Notes under the pieces: generated by a model
What the model was told of the DNA's origin: nothing
The model's database searches: none
The model's input: only the letters and a program-made list of their open reading frames with translations
Position numbers and translations under genes: made by a program
Shown: piece after piece, positions 61,401 to 64,000 of the stretch
Position numbering within the stretch: position 1 is the stretch's first letter
How the letters are laid out: the number at the start of each line of letters is the position of its first letter
DNA from: Nanobdellota archaeon
GTDB taxonomy: Archaea > Nanobdellota > Nanobdellia > Woesearchaeales > DATDXC01
NCBI GenBank assembly: GCA_043818675.1
Contig: JBDRFR010000069.1
Coordinates: 14,877-78,876, forward strand
Direction: 5' to 3'
DNA length: 64,000 bases

Positions 61401-62446
61401 AAATTTAGTTCAGACATATTAAGCGCCACAATTATTGATGAAAAGTGTGAAACATATACTTCCAGCTTATCTCCATTTTTGTGATAGCATCCTTGCGCTC
61501 CAAAATCACATTCAGGCAGTTTAACACATTCAAACGAGTCTGAACAATGCAGAACTTGGTTATAGATAATTCCCGTTATATTAAATTCCACGCGTCCCTG
61601 GTATCCTTCCTCAAGTATAACTTTCTCGATACCGCTAACTTCTATCGACTTTCGGACTATTGATCCCAAATTTTCAATATGATTTCTTAAATTCTCATCT
61701 TCTTTACTGATAGTTATTTTATCCAACTCTTCAAATTGAATATTATTGCTCTTAAAATTTTCAATACTGACAATATCACCTCCGTGGTACATATCCAGCC
61801 TCAGGTTTTGATTATGAAAATCTGATACAGCCGAACCCCCCTTTAAGTCTGTAAGTGAGATTTTACTAAGCTTATTATTTTTCTTCAGCCTCTCCAGTTT
61901 TTCAATCACAGAAAATTCTTTACTCGAAGGCTGCTTTCCATTAAAATAATCTTCATCAAGAAATACCGCATATAGATAATCATAATTACTGTAATATATT
62001 TCTGAATAGGGGTTTTCTGAGCTTACCGAATAATCAACATATAATACTCGCGCGCTCACCTTATTATTAACCGACGCATCATATTGCCCGTAATTAAGAT
62101 AAAAAATATCATTCCATTTATTCTTAGTTGCAGTAAGTCCAATAAAATTACAGCAAACATTGTTCCCATAACAAACTGTTGTCATTTTGTTTGTATCAAC
62201 GGACAATATTTCCCATCTTGTGCACAGCTTATTTTTGTTAAGATCCCAGTTGAACTCTGTATCTTCAACAGTAAAGTCAATTACACTTTTATCACCTTCA
62301 ACCCCGTCAGAATTATTGTCATAATATTTATCATTCTGATATTTAAGATTAATCTGAATTTTTTCAGATTCTGCGCAAATTACAGAAAGATTAAGCGCTA
62401 TCATTAGTAAGATTAGACAGCCCAAAATCTTAGAGTATTTCTTCAT
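58418..62446 (-). CDS. large surface protein (1342 aa): signal, Cys-rich conserved domain, Ig/PKD-like modules, C-terminal TM and helical cytoplasmic tail
   Basis: Signal MKKYSKILGCLILLMIALNLSVICA. The Cys-rich domain is shared with the 751-aa protein. A CLDGIKNGGETGIDCGGQCGNC motif lies at approx 60785-60852. A PKD-like module is present. The TM RIVIEVFVIIILVLLYLGY is followed by a ~150-aa helical tail. ATGA overlaps occur at both ends (62443-62446 and 58418-58421). Confidence 0.85.
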   Translation of the reverse strand: MKKYSKILGCLILLMIALNLSVICAESEKIQINLKYQNDKYYDNNSDGVEGDKSVIDFTVEDTEFNWDLNKNKLCTRWEILSVDTNKMTTVCYGNNVCCNFIGLTATKNKWNDIFYLNYGQYDASVNNKVSARVLYVDYSVSSENPYSEIYYSNYDYLYAVFLDEDYFNGKQPSSKEFSVIEKLERLKKNNKLSKISLTDLKGGSAVSDFHNQNLRLDMYHGGDIVSIENFKSNNIQFEELDKITISKEDENLRNHIENLGSIVRKSIEVSGIEKVILEEGYQGRVEFNITGIIYNQVLHCSDSFECVKLPECDFGAQGCYHKNGDKLEVYVSHFSSIIVALNMSELNLTINSPVSPLKCGENVYLNFSTDIPVYANISFKNQRYAALPESKTFSVLLNGSFSNGVIENGAHIVTISLNDNNSNILTYNYSFSVNDDAAPKINLTYNSIPVNNSVVTNSSNITNLKLRPNEYAFISYKLNNGQYSTEAYFGKEKSITLELKTGANILLINATDMQGNNQLYSYSFSFSYSATCLDGIKNGGETGIDCGGQCGNCVGFSISLDKSNYELGEDIAATIISRANSIVNMTVKTGGSVVSRKSITGYSSDYPIYVTTILDNINSPSTYTLNATSYYKGNSESKIVSFIVYPPTSTLSVQISANKTTINEGETVKFVPIVSGHTGSLTYQWDISNDKSIDSYSSELVKTYATNGTYKVNLTVTDSAQKASDIETIIVKKRFNVTIIVNNVSKQNVGNADVEFDTVIKNTTSEGKTSFLVYYGTYKLKVKHDGYNTYINDSVRVFADTTLYVNLSIDTNDKKGPVVTLLNPPDQQRIEGTSVEILYRVEDQSNVDCALNINEHSSWWIEKESQSNVLKGSENKFSITSLQNGSYEYRIKCTDEHGNSEISSTRTFIVYLFGKTLNKDNTEIDPLISKIDQIYQEFQKKGKTEKEVMDILGIFVKLDKSKVKLTRYKRDLNNLIWRKLNDTEYEKEENAIYAEIANIRDAIPTDLKVLDSKEFVVYPKAEEIRNLTLAYLNKKNKKYTKREINNVVEQNSKLQSLLTVTTKAFVVELEYLSNDKERYTLVEKAFSLDLDSNGYIMIEYIPKEIAESVNDIEFMFEYSVIEEDPIIELSLEEAESIAYYVQDEIELEKIQTTVSVIMDPGQKPELSPITGFAVIDNLKSKFVTTSDRRIVIEVFVIIILVLLYLGYTLKGTNIKYHILDRASLKNVDSIKNNIENAKKELNDGKYDRAKSLYLDSQSSYSKLPKEMRKEVYQSVVALSYKLDVFHIKSLIDKAISKLENNKRTEAVEIYHKVNEIYKKIVPEYKSEVIKKCGELREKLSK
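60245..60485 (-). other. PKD-like domain in the 1342-aa protein
   Basis: INEGETVKFVPIVSGHTGSLTYQWDISNDKSIDSYSSELVKTYATNGTYKVNLTVTDSAQKASDIETIIV. Confidence 0.65.
61960..62330 (-). other. conserved Cys-rich domain (copy 2 of 2 in window)
   Basis: See 3253-3630. The shared strings are LCTRW, TVCYG, CCNFIGL and FYLNYG. Confidence 0.7.
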
Positions 62447-62748
62447 TTACTAGCCTCAATCTTAAGTTGATTTTTGATCTCATTTAATTCACTGACCACT
62501 TTCTTAGTGACTTCTTTTTCACTCTTTTTTCTAATTTCATCCATGATATCCTTTCTTAATCTTGCAACCTCTGCAAGTTCTGGATACATCGATTTTAGCC
62601 AATTTTTTCTGGTAATGCTCCTAATCTTTTCACTAACGTCCATATAGTGCTCTTTTTCAGCGAGCTCTTTAAGTTTAGACAATAATGATTCAGGCATCCT
62701 TACAGAAACCAGGACATCACTCAAACAAATCACCCTTATCACAAACAC
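62443..62748 (-). CDS. RHH (CopG-like) DNA-binding protein
   Basis: VLVSVRMPESLLSKLKELAEKEHYMDVSEKIRSITRKNW has a strand followed by two helices. The real start is probably TTG 62724 or ATG 62697 rather than the track GTG 62748. The stop overlaps the 1342-aa gene start. Confidence 0.55.
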   Translation of the reverse strand: MFVIRVICLSDVLVSVRMPESLLSKLKELAEKEHYMDVSEKIRSITRKNWLKSMYPELAEVARLRKDIMDEIRKKSEKEVTKKVVSELNEIKNQLKIEASK

Positions 62749-62869
62749 TGTCTCTGGAAAATTCCCTGATAGCTTCAGCTCTGCTTTTATATACCCCTTT
62801 AGAAACCATATAATCCAGCCATTCCACTATTTCTTTTGACAATCTTATGTTAAAAATAGCCACTTTCAT
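62717..62869 (-). CDS. RHH/CopG-family DNA-binding protein (50 aa)
   Basis: Below the ORF-track cutoff. My own translation is MKVAIFNIRLSKEIVEWLDYMVSKGVYKSRAEAIREFSRDSVCDKGDLFE, which matches the classic CopG pattern (.v.v.L..e....LD.lv..g.y.SRSEaIRea). Confidence 0.65.
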   Translation of the reverse strand: MKVAIFNIRLSKEIVEWLDYMVSKGVYKSRAEAIREFSRDSVCDKGDLFE

Positions 62870-63196
62870 TTTGTATTCACAATGATATTTATTGTATGCC
62901 CCTTGTATTTTAATTAATCATTTAAATATTTTTCGGTATTATTACAAACGATTAGTTAAATTAAGAGATAATTTGTAATTGAAATAATACTTATATGTAT
63001 GTTATATGTAATTCAAATAAAGATTATATAAACCTTTTGATTTTAGATAAATTCCAACATATTAATCAAATTATTAATCAAATAAATAAATTAAGTAATT
63101 AATAAATCAGTTAATTATAATAAAAATTTTTCATATGAATATTGAAATTCATCAAATATACATAATTTTAAATATTAGATAACCCTAACAAGCTTA

Positions 63197-63532
63197 ATGA
63201 GCTTATCAACACGCGAACTGGAAGAAGACGAAACCAGGATTGATAATTTACTGCATAAAGTATTAAGCGCATCCCAGGCAATCGAAGATATAAATAGGCA
63301 GATAATCTCTTCAGAAGATTCCGGCAATTTTGATAAAGATTATGTCCTGGAACGAGCCAAAAAAACTGACATTTTAATTAAGACTGTAATTAACATCGTA
63401 ACTCTGGCAGATGATATTGACATAACCGATGAAACTCTAACTGAAGGGCTAAGAACAGAAACAAAAGAAAAGCTTAATCAGGCAATTAGGCTTATTTTAG
63501 ATGCAAAAAAATTTTTAGGCAAAGAGGAATAA
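63197..63532 (+). CDS. hypothetical acidic helical protein (111 aa)
   Basis: ORF-track ORF preceded by a long AT-rich intergenic region. No motif recognised. Confidence 0.4.
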   Translation: MSLSTRELEEDETRIDNLLHKVLSASQAIEDINRQIISSEDSGNFDKDYVLERAKKTDILIKTVINIVTLADDIDITDETLTEGLRTETKEKLNQAIRLILDAKKFLGKEE

Positions 63533-63584
63533 AAACATTTATATAGTACTATATCCAAAATAATTTTAAAGGGGGTGAAATAAT

Positions 63585-64000
63585 TTGAAGAAATTACAGT
63601 TAATTTTTGTTATGATTATTATTATGACAGCTGCAGTTCTTGCGCAGCCTGCAAAAATTAAAATTACTTCAAATCTGCATCCCAAATACATTATTGAAGA
63701 GATATGGAAAAAGCCCTACATTCTTTATTTTAACGTTGGCAAATTCTATTATAATGCTCAAGATTGGAACAAAGCCGAATGGATGTTTAAAAAAGCTATA
63801 GAACATAATCCGGATTTTGTTCCAGCATATCACAATTTAGGTACTGTTTATTATGAAAAAGGCAATTATGAACAGGCAGCTATTCAATTCAAGAAGGCAA
63901 CAGAAATTGACCCGGAATATTTAAAAGCATACTACTCAGCCGGCATTTTACATTTTAAAAATGGCAATTTTGATAAAGCAATCGATAATTTTCTGACTGT
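63585..64000 (+). CDS. secreted TPR-repeat protein, partial (runs off the right edge)
   Basis: Not in the track because it has no in-window stop. SD AAAGGGGGTGA lies upstream of TTG 63585, with an in-frame ATG at 63612. The hydrophobic N-terminus is LQLIFVMIIIMTAAVLAQPA. TPR units include AEWMFKKAIEHNPDFVPAYHNLGTVYYEKGNYEQAAIQFKKATEIDPEYLKAYYSAGILHFKNGNFDKAIDNF. Confidence 0.75.
   Translation, partial: MKKLQLIFVMIIIMTAAVLAQPAKIKITSNLHPKYIIEEIWKKPYILYFNVGKFYYNAQDWNKAEWMFKKAIEHNPDFVPAYHNLGTVYYEKGNYEQAAIQFKKATEIDPEYLKAYYSAGILHFKNGNFDKAIDNFLT

Noticed and set aside
62870-63196. Three TTGTAT repeats (62871, 62892, 62905) and an ATTACAAA/TTTGTAAT inverted repeat (about 62931-62969) in the long AT-rich spacer upstream of the RHH pair, as possible operators.
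   Set aside because: In DNA this AT-rich, 6-8-nt repeats are expected by chance. I could not see a convincing longer palindrome comparable to the one at 13855-13870.

Overview
AT-rich archaeal DNA. A housekeeping block at 45.7-51.8 kb carries RFC large subunit, aRF1 (NIKS/GGQ), an archaeal histone, aIF5A (hypusine-site motif), r-protein L40e, an S2P/M50 protease and a rhomboid protease. Small overlapping genes and the gene content suggest an uncultured, possibly DPANN-type archaeon, but that is inference only. The rest of the window is a cell-surface and defence island. (1) One uninterrupted ORF, 7519-43815 (36,297 nt, 12,098 codons, 57% of the window), encodes an N-terminal TM anchor, an ectodomain of about 11,600 residues, a second TM and a cytoplasmic FtsK/HerA-type P-loop ATPase. 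The ectodomain holds LamG/ConA-like lectin domains, seven FG-GAP/VCBS-type beta-propeller supermodules, a beta-helix-like segment, a discoidin-like domain, and CARDB/Ig-like arrays. (2) Its third LamG domain is split by a 1.4 kb Hint/intein-like insertion. The slot where a homing endonuclease normally sits holds an antisense RHH-RHH-RelE toxin-antitoxin cassette with its own SD, TATA-like box and palindromic operator. The sense frame of the giant ORF stays open across the cassette. (3) On the minus strand, a compact operon (RHH, RHH, 1342-aa surface protein, 774-aa ectodomain-TM-ATPase) is a miniature paralogue of the same architecture. The plus-strand arm mirrors it (Tfx-like, Tfx-like, 751-aa paralogous surface protein, then the giant gene). 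(4) Four tandem paralogous secreted glycoprotein genes lie at 51.8-55.1 kb. (5) A HEPN/MNT pair and a Zn-ribbon PD-(D/E)xK nuclease sit directly upstream of the giant gene, and a partial GHKL ATPase sits at the left edge. I saw no rRNA, tRNA or CRISPR array. All calls are by-eye motif recognition with no searches run. Domain coordinates inside the giant ORF are approximate (tens of nt).
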